Shown: in pieces, positions 1-8,399 of the stretch
Numbering within the stretch: the first letter of the stretch is position 1
Layout: each line of letters begins with the position of its first letter
DNA from: Candidatus Omnitrophota bacterium
GTDB taxonomy: Bacteria; Omnitrophota; Omnitrophia; Omnitrophales; JACROU01
Direction: 5' to 3'
DNA length: 64,000 nucleotides
Assembly: GCA_029261035.1 (NCBI GenBank)
Contig: JAJDCD010000008.1
Coordinates: 230,882-294,881, forward strand
Translations under genes and position numbers: made by a program
The notes under the pieces: model-generated
What the model was told of the DNA's origin: nothing
What the model saw: the letters and a program-made list of their open reading frames with translations, nothing else
Database searches by the model: none

Positions 1-827
1 ATTGCTTTTAGAATATCATTCAAAGTAGATTTCTCTTCTCTAAATACCAAATGCTTTCCATCTTCTTGCAAGGTAACATCATATTTTTGTATCTTTTCAG
101 GAAGAGTTTGAATAGATTCTCTAACTTGTATTAACAAAGTGTCTCGATTCATTTGCTGTATTAAAGTTTCCTTCTCTTCACAAGCAATCAATTTTCCGTG
201 ATTAATAATACCAATACGACCACACAAACGTTCCGCCTCTTCAATATAGTGCGTCGTCAACAAAATGGTAACCCCTTTTTGATTTAACTTTTTTAAATAA
301 TCCCATAACTGATAACGAAGCTCTAAATCGACGCCTGCTGTCGGCTCATCTAATATTAAAATTTTAGGCTCATGCACTAAAGCTCTTGCAATTAAAAGAC
401 GCCGTTTCATACCCCCTGATAATTTTTTATAACCTAACTTTCTAGAATCCAGCAAATTAAACTGTCTCAACAATTCCTCTGCTCTTTCTTTAGCCACCTT
501 TCGGCTAAGGCCATAATAACCGCCTGTATAAAACAGTATTTGTTCTGCATTTAAAAATGGGTCGAAATTTATTTCCTGAGGGGCTAAACCAATCATCGAA
601 CGTGATTGTTTATAATTCGCTTTTACATCGTAACCAAAAACACGTATTTCACCATGATGAAAATTGGATAATCCTGTAATAGAATGAAGGGTCGAAGACT
701 TTCCAGCTCCATTAGGTCCTAAAAAACCAAAAAATTCTCCTTCATGAATTTCAAGACACAGATCATCCACAGCTTTAAAGGAACCATAATATTTTGTAAA
801 ATTAGTAATCGATAAAGCAATACTCAT
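1..827 (-). CDS. ABC transporter ATP-binding protein (partial, C-terminus beyond window start)
   Basis: Minus-strand translation from ATG at 827..825 reads MSIALSITNFTKYYGSFKAVDDLCLEIHEGEFFGFLGPNGAGKSS (Walker A), later LSGGMKRR (ABC signature) and ILDEPT (Walker B); frame stays open to position 1. Confidence 0.8.
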   Translation of the reverse strand, partial: MSIALSITNFTKYYGSFKAVDDLCLEIHEGEFFGFLGPNGAGKSSTLHSITGLSNFHHGEIRVFGYDVKANYKQSRSMIGLAPQEINFDPFLNAEQILFYTGGYYGLSRKVAKERAEELLRQFNLLDSRKLGYKKLSGGMKRRLLIARALVHEPKILILDEPTAGVDLELRYQLWDYLKKLNQKGVTILLTTHYIEEAERLCGRIGIINHGKLIACEEKETLIQQMNRDTLLIQVRESIQTLPEKIQKYDVTLQEDGKHLVFREEKSTLNDILKA

Positions 828-903
828 ATTACTTCCTTTGTCTATTCTAGAAACCCTGACATCCTTCGATTCGTTCTAGGATGAAAAATCTGCCTCAAAG
901 AAT

Positions 904-1176
904 CTATTTCTCCTGCCATTGCTCTGGGGTAAAGGTCTTGATTGCAAGGGCGTGTATCTTTTCTTTAAGTTCATCTTTCAATGCGTCATTCACCAATCGA
1001 TGACATTGAACGAGCGATTGATCAGCAAAAACATCTGACACCACCACTACGCTAAAATGTCCTCCAGCACCACTGGCTTGATGTCCCGCATGCAAAGCAC
1101 TGTCATCAACAACAGCCACATATTCCGCATTTAATTTCTCAGTTAATATAGATTTAATTTCATTCGAATTAATCAA
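904..1176 (-). CDS. BolA family protein
   Basis: 90-aa ORF with BolA-like motifs (HAGH, GGHF, HRLV, HALAIKTFTP); sits in a glutaredoxin/BolA cluster. Confidence 0.7.
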   Translation of the reverse strand: MINSNEIKSILTEKLNAEYVAVVDDSALHAGHQASGAGGHFSVVVVSDVFADQSLVQCHRLVNDALKDELKEKIHALAIKTFTPEQWQEK

Positions 1177-1199
1177 AATAAAAACCTTCCCCTCTAAGA

Positions 1200-1311
1200 G
1201 TCATTGCGAGACGTTCACTTAGGTGCCGTGGCAATCTCAGATTAAGGAATATAAAATATTTATCCTTGGTCAGAGATTGCCACGGCCCGATTATCTTTAC
1301 CTCGCAATGAC
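1200..1311. repeat. MITE-like palindromic element with GTCATTGCGAG terminal inverted repeats
   Basis: Perfect 11-bp termini GTCATTGCGAG (1200-1210) and CTCGCAATGAC (1301-1311); internal inverted repeat GCCGTGGCAATCTC (1225-1238) / GAGATTGCCACGGC (1273-1286); related partial copies at 19564-19590 and 36654-36690. Confidence 0.6.
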
Positions 1312-1352
1312 TGCTTCTTTGGGATTTAAACACTTCAGAACTCATGTGAACA

Positions 1353-1667
1353 TTACTCAGAAAGCAACTTTCCCAAATCTCCACTCTGCGCCATTTCTGT
1401 AATAATGTCACAACCTCCAACAAATTCACCCTTAACATATAGCTGAGGGATTGTTGGCCAATTTGCATACTCTTTTATTCCTTCTCGAATAGCTTCGTCA
1501 GACAAAACATCTTTAGATTTATACTCAACCCCAAACTGATTCAAAATGCTTACAACTTGCGAAGAAAAACCGCACTGCGGCATTTCCGGATTCCCTTTCA
1601 TATAAAGAAAAACTTTATTCTCTTTAATGTCTTTTTCTATTTCCTGCTTTGTATTTTCGTCCATCAT
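1353..1667 (-). CDS. Monothiol glutaredoxin (Grx4 family, CGFS type)
   Basis: Motif PQCGFS and WPTIPQLYVKGEFVGGCDI; start moved to internal MMDENTK because the 5' part of the listed ORF runs into the palindromic repeat; AGGAG-like RBS just upstream. Confidence 0.8.
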   Translation of the reverse strand: MMDENTKQEIEKDIKENKVFLYMKGNPEMPQCGFSSQVVSILNQFGVEYKSKDVLSDEAIREGIKEYANWPTIPQLYVKGEFVGGCDIITEMAQSGDLGKLLSE

Positions 1668-1683
1668 TCTCTCCTTAATTAAT

Positions 1684-1806
1684 AGCGGATAGCGATTAGC
1701 GTAGAGCGTATAGGATCTAACCACCCTCATCCTAACCTTCTCCCTCCATCGGAGGGAGAAGGAAAAAGACAAATGACACTATACGCTAAACGCTCTACGC
1801 TGAACG
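1684..1806. repeat. Long palindromic intergenic element (AGCGTAGAGCGTATA arms with central hairpin)
   Basis: Arms TTAGCGTAGAGCGTATA (1697-1713) and TATACGCTAAACGCTCTACGCTGAACGCTA (1780-1809) are inverted; central hairpin CTTCTCCCTCC-atc-GGAGGGAGAAG (1736-1762); partial relative at 10905-10940. Confidence 0.55.
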
Positions 1807-2067
1807 CTAGTTGATATATTGACTCTTCACCTCTTCCCATTTCTGAGGTGTAAATGTTTTCAACTGAAGCGCATGCACAACATCCCCTTTAAATTCATCT
1901 TTCAACGTATTCATAACTAACTGATGTTGCTTAACCAAAAGCATTCCTTCAAACTGAGGAGCTATCACAATCGCTTCGAAATGCTGCCCATCACTCATCG
2001 GGTCTCTAACGTAAACTGTTGCTGCTTCCACAGAAGATTCTATTTTTTCTTTTATTTTCTCAATCAT
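1807..2067 (-). CDS. BolA/IbaG family protein
   Basis: 86-aa ORF; BolA-like C-terminal motif HALQLKTFTP; adjacent to glutaredoxin. Confidence 0.7.
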   Translation of the reverse strand: MIEKIKEKIESSVEAATVYVRDPMSDGQHFEAIVIAPQFEGMLLVKQHQLVMNTLKDEFKGDVVHALQLKTFTPQKWEEVKSQYIN

Positions 2068-2069
2068 TT

Positions 2070-2318
2070 CTACCCTTCCTGTTTCCAGTTATTTTTAAAC
2101 CACTCAACTATTGCATCCGATTCATATAGAGCTTTTCCGTCTATAACGAGGCAAGGAACTTGAGACTTTCCTCCAATAGCTACCAACTCATCTTGAGCAC
2201 CTTCATCAACTCGAGTATCTTTCATAGGGATCGTAATCTCCTTATCCTCCAGATAATTTCTGACATAGATACAATAAGGACAGCTTTCAAAATGATAAAG
2301 AACTAAGCTTTTTGGCAT
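2070..2318 (-). CDS. Glutaredoxin (dithiol, CPYC)
   Basis: 82-aa ORF with active site SCPYC and thioredoxin-fold motifs (VPCLVIDGKALYESDAI). Confidence 0.8.
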   Translation of the reverse strand: MPKSLVLYHFESCPYCIYVRNYLEDKEITIPMKDTRVDEGAQDELVAIGGKSQVPCLVIDGKALYESDAIVEWFKNNWKQEG

Positions 2319-3250
2319 TGTTTTTTCATCTCCACAAATTCAATTACATTTTTCTCTAATTGAGCCTTATTCAATCGGTTTATTTCTTGTAAACATGTAG
2401 GTGAAGTCACATTAATCTCAATTAAACAGTCTCCGATAATATCAATCCCTACAAAAAACAAACCCTCTTTTTCAAGCATAGGTTTTATTTCTTTAATAAT
2501 TTCCATATCTCGTTTTGTTACCTCACTGCGCTCTGGCTTGCCTCCAGAGAAAAAATTATTTCTGTGATCCTTTTTGGAATGAACTCGAAGAACAGCCCCA
2601 AGGGGCTTCCCATCTAAAAGCAGAATTCTCTTATCCCCCTTTTTAGCCTCCGGCAAATACTCCTGAACAATAACCGGTTGAGTCTCCATTTGACTTAGGG
2701 TCTCAAACGCCACATTTGCATTCAAGTCTCCTTTCTTAAGATGAAAGATAGACTTTCCCCCAAAACCATTTACCGGCTTCAAGATAATTTCTCCATGTTT
2801 TTCAATAAAAGGATTTAAATCTTCTATCTTAGAAGTAACCAAGGTGTCTGGAATTAAATTTTTAAATTGAAGAGACCAAAGCTTTTCATTGGCTGTTCTA
2901 ATCCCACTAGGTCTATTTACAACAAACACAGAATCAGGCAATTGATCCAGCAACCAAGTATTAAATAAATACTGTTCATCAAAAGGAGGGTCTTTTCGTA
3001 TAAAAACAACATCTACCTGATTCTCGTTCAACCGCTTAACATCTTTAATATTAAATGGCGGAATCAAATCTAAATCAGGCTCAACTTCCACAACATCAAA
3101 ACAAACTTTACCCTCTTTATAAAAGAGGCCATTGTCCGCCAAATAAAATACTGTATGTCCATTTTGCTTCGCCCCCAACATCAAAGCAAGACTCGTATCT
3201 TTTTCCGGATCAATAGATTCTAATGGATCCATTAAGAAAACAAATTTCAT
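2303..3250 (-). CDS. gshB: Glutathione synthetase (prokaryotic ATP-grasp type)
   Basis: 315-aa protein collinear with E. coli GshB from memory (DPPFD, ILKPxxGxGG, FVGIDIIGDxLxEINVTSPTC). Confidence 0.85.
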   Translation of the reverse strand: MKFVFLMDPLESIDPEKDTSLALMLGAKQNGHTVFYLADNGLFYKEGKVCFDVVEVEPDLDLIPPFNIKDVKRLNENQVDVVFIRKDPPFDEQYLFNTWLLDQLPDSVFVVNRPSGIRTANEKLWSLQFKNLIPDTLVTSKIEDLNPFIEKHGEIILKPVNGFGGKSIFHLKKGDLNANVAFETLSQMETQPVIVQEYLPEAKKGDKRILLLDGKPLGAVLRVHSKKDHRNNFFSGGKPERSEVTKRDMEIIKEIKPMLEKEGLFFVGIDIIGDCLIEINVTSPTCLQEINRLNKAQLEKNVIEFVEMKKQCQKA

Positions 3251-4506
3251 TGATTCACGACCTTCTCTAAATGAATTATTTCACGGTGCGCTGCAATACC
3301 AGCAATTCGAGCTAAGATATGATACACATCAAACATATTTTTCTCAGTACGAATCCCACACTTTAAAAAAGATTCGTTGTGCGGGCACATGGTCTCAAAG
3401 CGCATTCCCTTAGAATTTAAATTATCTCTCCCACTCTTATCATCATGAACCCGAAAAAAACCTCCTACAAATTGATTATCAATCTGATAAATACAGACTT
3501 CGCTCGCCTGCTCTTTTACCTGACAATAACTGGGAACACCTTCTTGAAGGAGGTATCGATGTATGACTTGAGAGCCCTTCCCTTTGTATAACTTGTTTTT
3601 CTCTCTTCGATTTAACTCCAACACTTCCGAAGCATCATCAATAGGCATCACACCCATTCCATAGGTTCCACTATCAGCCTTAAGAAAGAGCAATGGCTTC
3701 TCTTTAATTTTATACTCATTATATTTTTTTTGAATTTTCTGAAGCAAACCTGAAGCGGTCTCTGCAAGACGTTCTCTATCGCTTGGCTCATTAATATTCA
3801 CATCAGAAACAACTTCATCAAAACACGTAAAAAACCAGGGGTCAAAATCTAACATCTCAGCAAACTCCTTCATCAAATCTGCGGTATGAGCAAAGTGATG
3901 AGACTTAGAACGAGAATGCCACCCCGCTTGAATTGAAGGATAAATTGGCGTCTTGGCATCCCTTAATATTTCAGGAATCCCTTTCGTTAAGTCATTATTC
4001 ATAATAATAAGACAAGGGCGCATTCCCCCAGCCTCAATTCCACTTACAACTTTATTTATAGAATAAACTTTTAATTTATTACCCTTAGCCGTATCCAATT
4101 CTACAAAGTTAGCATCTTGGCAAATAGCGGGTTCAATATTTAAAAAAGTAGCGACCTTCACATTAAAGCCAGCTCTTTCAATTATTTTTTCTAAACTCCA
4201 AAGGTTTTCTAAATAGAAAGTATTTCGGGTATGTTCTTCTGCAATAATCAGAATATTCTTACAACCTTGAACTCGGTTCAAGATAGCTTTCTTCACCGCC
4301 ACAACAGAATCTTCTATCCCATGCTCACATAAATTATTGAACCCCGCAGGAAACAAATTCGTATCCACAACTGCCAATTTAAAACCAGCATCTCGAATAT
4401 CTACAGAAGAATAAAGAGGCAATTCCTTACTGGTCTCATACTGAAGCAACCAATGATGAATCTCCTCATTCTTCAAACTCATTTTTTCTAACAATCGATT
4501 AATCAC
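3247..4506 (-). CDS. Putative glutamate--cysteine ligase-like enzyme (GshA-like; context-based)
   Basis: 419-aa ORF overlapping gshB start by 4 bp (same operon); unlike E. coli GshA in sequence, so call rests mainly on synteny. Confidence 0.45.
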   Translation of the reverse strand: MINRLLEKMSLKNEEIHHWLLQYETSKELPLYSSVDIRDAGFKLAVVDTNLFPAGFNNLCEHGIEDSVVAVKKAILNRVQGCKNILIIAEEHTRNTFYLENLWSLEKIIERAGFNVKVATFLNIEPAICQDANFVELDTAKGNKLKVYSINKVVSGIEAGGMRPCLIIMNNDLTKGIPEILRDAKTPIYPSIQAGWHSRSKSHHFAHTADLMKEFAEMLDFDPWFFTCFDEVVSDVNINEPSDRERLAETASGLLQKIQKKYNEYKIKEKPLLFLKADSGTYGMGVMPIDDASEVLELNRREKNKLYKGKGSQVIHRYLLQEGVPSYCQVKEQASEVCIYQIDNQFVGGFFRVHDDKSGRDNLNSKGMRFETMCPHNESFLKCGIRTEKNMFDVYHILARIAGIAAHREIIHLEKVVNQ

Positions 4507-4558
4507 AACGTTTCCTTAACTCTGCTCATAGCCATTAGCTTTTAGCTTTTTTCATAAA

Positions 4559-4823
4559 TCCTAAATCACCTTCACTAGACAACAAATGCCTTTATCCCAA
4601 TCCAAAATTAAAACCCCAACAATAATAATACTTTCGTTATTTAATTAATAACGAAACACCCTAAACCCCAGAAACAATAGTTGCTCGATGCAACTCTTGT
4701 TTCAACCACCTAACACCCCACACATGTTTACAACTCTAAAGAACAAGTGCGTATCCTCGCCGCGAGTTGCGCAAGCCAAAGGCCGAGCATGTCTGAGCGC
4801 CGAGGATATGCACTTGTTCGAAC
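4559..4823. repeat. Intergenic structured repeat element, copy 1 (candidate ncRNA or hairpin-targeting element)
   Basis: About 265 bp shared with 14331-14600: identical hairpins TTTCGTTATTTAATTAATAACGAAA and GTTGCTCGATGCAAC, conserved core CCGCGAGTTGCGCAAGCCAAAGGCCGAGCATGTCTGAGCGCC flanked by an 18-bp stem whose sequence differs between copies but stays complementary. Confidence 0.6.
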
Positions 4824-4996
4824 GCCCCTTAACATCCACCAACACAACCAAAACAGTCCTATATTATACATGAAACAAACAGATTACCGGAAGCAGTCTA
4901 TAAGAAAATTAATACCAGGTAGGTTAAATGAGTTAAATCCCATAAATCACCTAAAATAAAGCCTAATTCTAGGTGCGAATCCCATATTTAAAGCAT

Positions 4997-5467
4997 TTAT
5001 TTAGCAATTTTATCTATAACAACCCATTCCTCTGGAGAAACAGGCTGAATAGAAAGCCTTTGCCCCTTCTGTAAAAGAGGCATTTTTGACAACCCCTTCA
5101 CACCTCGAAGCATCTCTAAAGGCAAAAGCTCTTTGAATTTCTTCTTAAATCGTATATCAACCACGAACCAAGTCGGATTCTCTTTTTTGCTTTTCTCATC
5201 AAAATACTTACTCTTCTTATCAAAAGCACTAGGATCTGGGTAACCCTCTTTTACAACCTCCGCAATTCCAGCAATACCTGGAGGCTCAGCATTACTGTGA
5301 TAAAAAAAAACTTGATCACCTACCTTCATCGTATCCCGCATAAAATTACGAGCTTGATAATTACGAACTCCATCCCAATATGTTTTTTCATCTTTTTTTA
5401 GATGATCAATAGAATAAACATTTGGCTCACTCTTCATTAGCCAATACTGCTTAGCCATTCTTAACAC
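4997..5467 (-). CDS. EVE (PUA-like) domain protein
   Basis: 156-aa ORF with N-terminal YWLMKSEP and WDGVRNYQARNF motifs typical of EVE domain. Confidence 0.75.
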   Translation of the reverse strand: MLRMAKQYWLMKSEPNVYSIDHLKKDEKTYWDGVRNYQARNFMRDTMKVGDQVFFYHSNAEPPGIAGIAEVVKEGYPDPSAFDKKSKYFDEKSKKENPTWFVVDIRFKKKFKELLPLEMLRGVKGLSKMPLLQKGQRLSIQPVSPEEWVVIDKIAK

Positions 5468-5939
5468 CCTTCAAACGAATAGGCCCAGGAAATTTCTGCA
5501 ATCGATCTTTAGGTTTGTATTTCACACCTAATTTTCTGTTCATCGTTTCAAACACTTTAGGCTTCTTCTTAGCTAAATAATCATACAAATCTTCTTCATT
5601 CTTAAGAACATACTCTTCCTCGTATTCATCAACATAACGATAACAAGTTTTAGCTTCATAATCTCTACAGATCTGCGGTCTTTGAGGATGATAAGAGCAT
5701 CTTCGTTGCTCTAGTTTTTCACAAGGAGTATTAAACTGGATATACCAATCATTCTGGTCATCCACATAGACCCAAACGTCTTTATGAATCACATACCACA
5801 AAATAAAATCAAAATCTTTAGCAGAAGTTGGTGTGTCAATCTCTAAAGCCACATACTCACAACAATAACTACATCCCTGACAAGCATTCGCATCTTTTGG
5901 ATCAAACTCTTTTAAATTTCCTACTTTTGGCTCTGGCAT
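5451..5939 (-). CDS. YkgJ-family zinc/iron-chelating CxxCxxCC protein
   Basis: Motif CQGCSYCC near N-terminus and later C...RPQICRDY, matching the YkgJ/UPF0153 pattern. Confidence 0.65.
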   Translation of the reverse strand: MPEPKVGNLKEFDPKDANACQGCSYCCEYVALEIDTPTSAKDFDFILWYVIHKDVWVYVDDQNDWYIQFNTPCEKLEQRRCSYHPQRPQICRDYEAKTCYRYVDEYEEEYVLKNEEDLYDYLAKKKPKVFETMNRKLGVKYKPKDRLQKFPGPIRLKGVKNG

Positions 5940-5940
5940 T

Positions 5941-6726
5941 CTACTCCCCTTCTTTCTCTACTTGTTGAGACGGAAATTTACCATTCAACGCACCTCTAAT
6001 AATTGTTTTAATTGAATCACTAAAATCAGCTCTTAAAATCCACTCCAAATAGTTTTTATCCTTTTCAACAATCTGGTTCAAAGTGATTTTGCGTGCATAT
6101 TTTCCAAACATCAAATACAAACCACCATTCCACCAACTAAATCTTTTTTCTTTATCAAAAAACTCCATTGGCGACGAGTAATCAAAGTCCTTTAAACTTT
6201 CAACGCTCCCATCTCCATACTTATCTGCTTGGGATTGAATAATCTCCAATGTTGCTTCTGTATCCGCCATAGCCGTATGCGCATTCATCAGCTCCTTCTC
6301 ACAGTAAAACTTATAGCCCGCACTTAAATCTCTTTTCTCATGAATATGAAAAACTTTTTGGGCATCATAAACAGTCCGTTTTCGCCAATCAAAAGGATAA
6401 CCTGCATCGCTCATTTCCCTTTCCAGCACGGGTAAATCAAAACGCTCACAATTAAAGCCCCCTAAGTCTGCATCTCCTATAAATCGAAGTATTTCAGCAG
6501 CAATATCCTTAAACCAAGGAGCATCTTTCACATCCTCATCCTTAATTCCAATAAGCTCACTGACCTTGGGAGGGATAGGAATTCTAGGGTTGCATCGTTC
6601 TAAGTATTTTTCTGAGGTCCCATCAGGGTTACACTTAATCAAAGCAATCTCAACAATACGGTCTTTTTCAATCCAAATACCCGTTGTTTCCAAATCGAGA
6701 ACAACAAGAGGATTTGTTAATTTCAT
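5941..6726 (-). CDS. 3'-5' exonuclease domain protein (DnaQ-like DEDDh) with C-terminal extension
   Basis: Exo I motif LVVLDLETTG, downstream H..ADT.AT motif; 261 aa. Confidence 0.75.
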   Translation of the reverse strand: MKLTNPLVVLDLETTGIWIEKDRIVEIALIKCNPDGTSEKYLERCNPRIPIPPKVSELIGIKDEDVKDAPWFKDIAAEILRFIGDADLGGFNCERFDLPVLEREMSDAGYPFDWRKRTVYDAQKVFHIHEKRDLSAGYKFYCEKELMNAHTAMADTEATLEIIQSQADKYGDGSVESLKDFDYSSPMEFFDKEKRFSWWNGGLYLMFGKYARKITLNQIVEKDKNYLEWILRADFSDSIKTIIRGALNGKFPSQQVEKEGE

Positions 6727-8219
6727 AATAATTCCTTTATCACCTTATTAAAGTCTTCTTTAAATTGATTAAACAAACGAGCATTGTACCCTACAGATAG
6801 TCTACGGTAAACAATATCTTCTTCCTTAATAGCCATCTCAACATCAATAGAGTATTTTATTTGAGCTTTAATCATAGGTAAATCTGGATGGATTCTCTCT
6901 TTTAGTTCCGAATTTTCTTTTGTTAAATTTAGCACATCTTTATAACGAGCTCCGTACTTACTCATCAACTCACTTAATACTTCTAAATCAACACCATATT
7001 TTTCCGAAATTTGTTTAGGGTCATCCATTATTTTGCCCCCACTATATAAACTATACCTCTGTGTATTCGGAATCCTTATTAAACGTTTCAAACAATCAAA
7101 AGCCATTCTACGATATGTGGTGTACTTCCCACCTGCAACATAAGAAACCCCTGATTTGCTTTCATGAATCATGTGTTCCCTAGAAACTTTAGATGGATGC
7201 CCCTTGCTTTTAATAAGAGGCCTTAACCCAGCAAAGGAAACCGTATCTGTATGATCTAATTTCAAACCTGGAAAAACTCTCTTAGCCTCATTCATTAAAT
7301 ACTGAATATCTTCCTTCTCTGGACGAACATCATCAGGGTCCGAAGAATAATCCGTATCTGTAGTTCCAATTAACGAGTTTCCATTCCATGGAATAACAAA
7401 AAATACTCTATTGTCTTTAGGTGAAGGAATAAGAAAAGCATTTTTCGAAATTTCTTCAGGATAAACAATATGAACACCCTTAGTTGTCCTTACAATTTCT
7501 TTCTCATTTTCGCTATCCAGTTTTAATAATTTATTTGTCCAAGGGCCCACGGCACAAATTGTTTTTTCAGCACGAATCGTAAAAGAAGCTCCATGTGGAT
7601 CTAACAAATCTTTAACTTCAGCACCAATCGTTCTACCTTGATGTTTTGCAAATGATTTCACTTCAACATAATTAGCGACGTCCACCCCAACCTCATATGC
7701 GGATAAAACATTTTCTAAACAAAGACGGGCATCGTCCATCTGAGCATCATAATAAAGAACCCCACCTTTCAAACCTTCTCTGTTAATGCCAGGCTCTAAA
7801 TGAATAACTTCTTCAGCTGTTAAATTGCGATGTGGGCGAATATTATATTTAAAAGAAAGCAGATCATAGAGAAAGACCCCCAGCTTTACGATCCAAAAAG
7901 GCCTTTTATCTCCTTTATAAACTGGAATCACAAATGGCATAGGCCTTACCAAATGGGGAACTTCCTTTAAATGAATAAAACGCTCAATCAATGCTTCACG
8001 CACCAACTTAAACTGAAAGCTCTCCAAATAACGAATACCCCCATGAACTAGCTTTGAAGATTTGCTCGAAGTTCCACTAGCAAAATCCCCTTTATCAATC
8101 AAAGCTGTCTTAAGACCCATTGAAGCCGCTATATAAGCAATGGACGCACCATTAATGCCTCCTCCAATGACTAATAGATCATAAGTGCTCTTCTTTAAAT
8201 TTTCCACACGTCGCTTCAT
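6723..8219 (-). CDS. glpD: FAD-dependent glycerol-3-phosphate dehydrogenase
   Basis: N-terminal FAD dinucleotide fold DLLVIGGGINGASIA, 498 aa, GlpD-like length and motifs. Confidence 0.85.
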   Translation of the reverse strand: MKRRVENLKKSTYDLLVIGGGINGASIAYIAASMGLKTALIDKGDFASGTSSKSSKLVHGGIRYLESFQFKLVREALIERFIHLKEVPHLVRPMPFVIPVYKGDKRPFWIVKLGVFLYDLLSFKYNIRPHRNLTAEEVIHLEPGINREGLKGGVLYYDAQMDDARLCLENVLSAYEVGVDVANYVEVKSFAKHQGRTIGAEVKDLLDPHGASFTIRAEKTICAVGPWTNKLLKLDSENEKEIVRTTKGVHIVYPEEISKNAFLIPSPKDNRVFFVIPWNGNSLIGTTDTDYSSDPDDVRPEKEDIQYLMNEAKRVFPGLKLDHTDTVSFAGLRPLIKSKGHPSKVSREHMIHESKSGVSYVAGGKYTTYRRMAFDCLKRLIRIPNTQRYSLYSGGKIMDDPKQISEKYGVDLEVLSELMSKYGARYKDVLNLTKENSELKERIHPDLPMIKAQIKYSIDVEMAIKEEDIVYRRLSVGYNARLFNQFKEDFNKVIKELL

Positions 8220-8260
8220 AATCGCTCACATTCAAGTTTTTGCTTTTCAACTAACAGAAT

Positions 8261-8274
8261 GTCACATATGTGAC
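8261..8274. promoter_or_regulatory. Perfect 14-bp palindrome GTCACATATGTGAC in divergent glpD/MFS promoter region (candidate operator)
   Basis: Self-complementary 14-mer about 42 bp upstream of glpD start codon; no cognate regulator identified. Confidence 0.3.
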
Positions 8275-8399
8275 GTTCCCAATTACTTGCATTTTAATTC
8301 AAAACTCCCTCGAATCAAATAACCTTCTTTCCAAAACAGATAATAATTGCTATCCTACTGCCTTTGAAATTAATCCAAATCAAAAACTAGGATCCCTCA

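Noticed and set aside
1169-1468. 99-aa ORF overlapping the BolA/Grx intergenic region
   Set aside because: Runs through the palindromic repeat element and overlaps the well-supported Grx4 gene; no recognisable protein features
4688-4959. Two small plus-strand ORFs (61 and 70 aa) inside the structured repeat element
   Set aside because: Overlap the conserved hairpin/core region; sequence conservation between copies fits structure rather than coding
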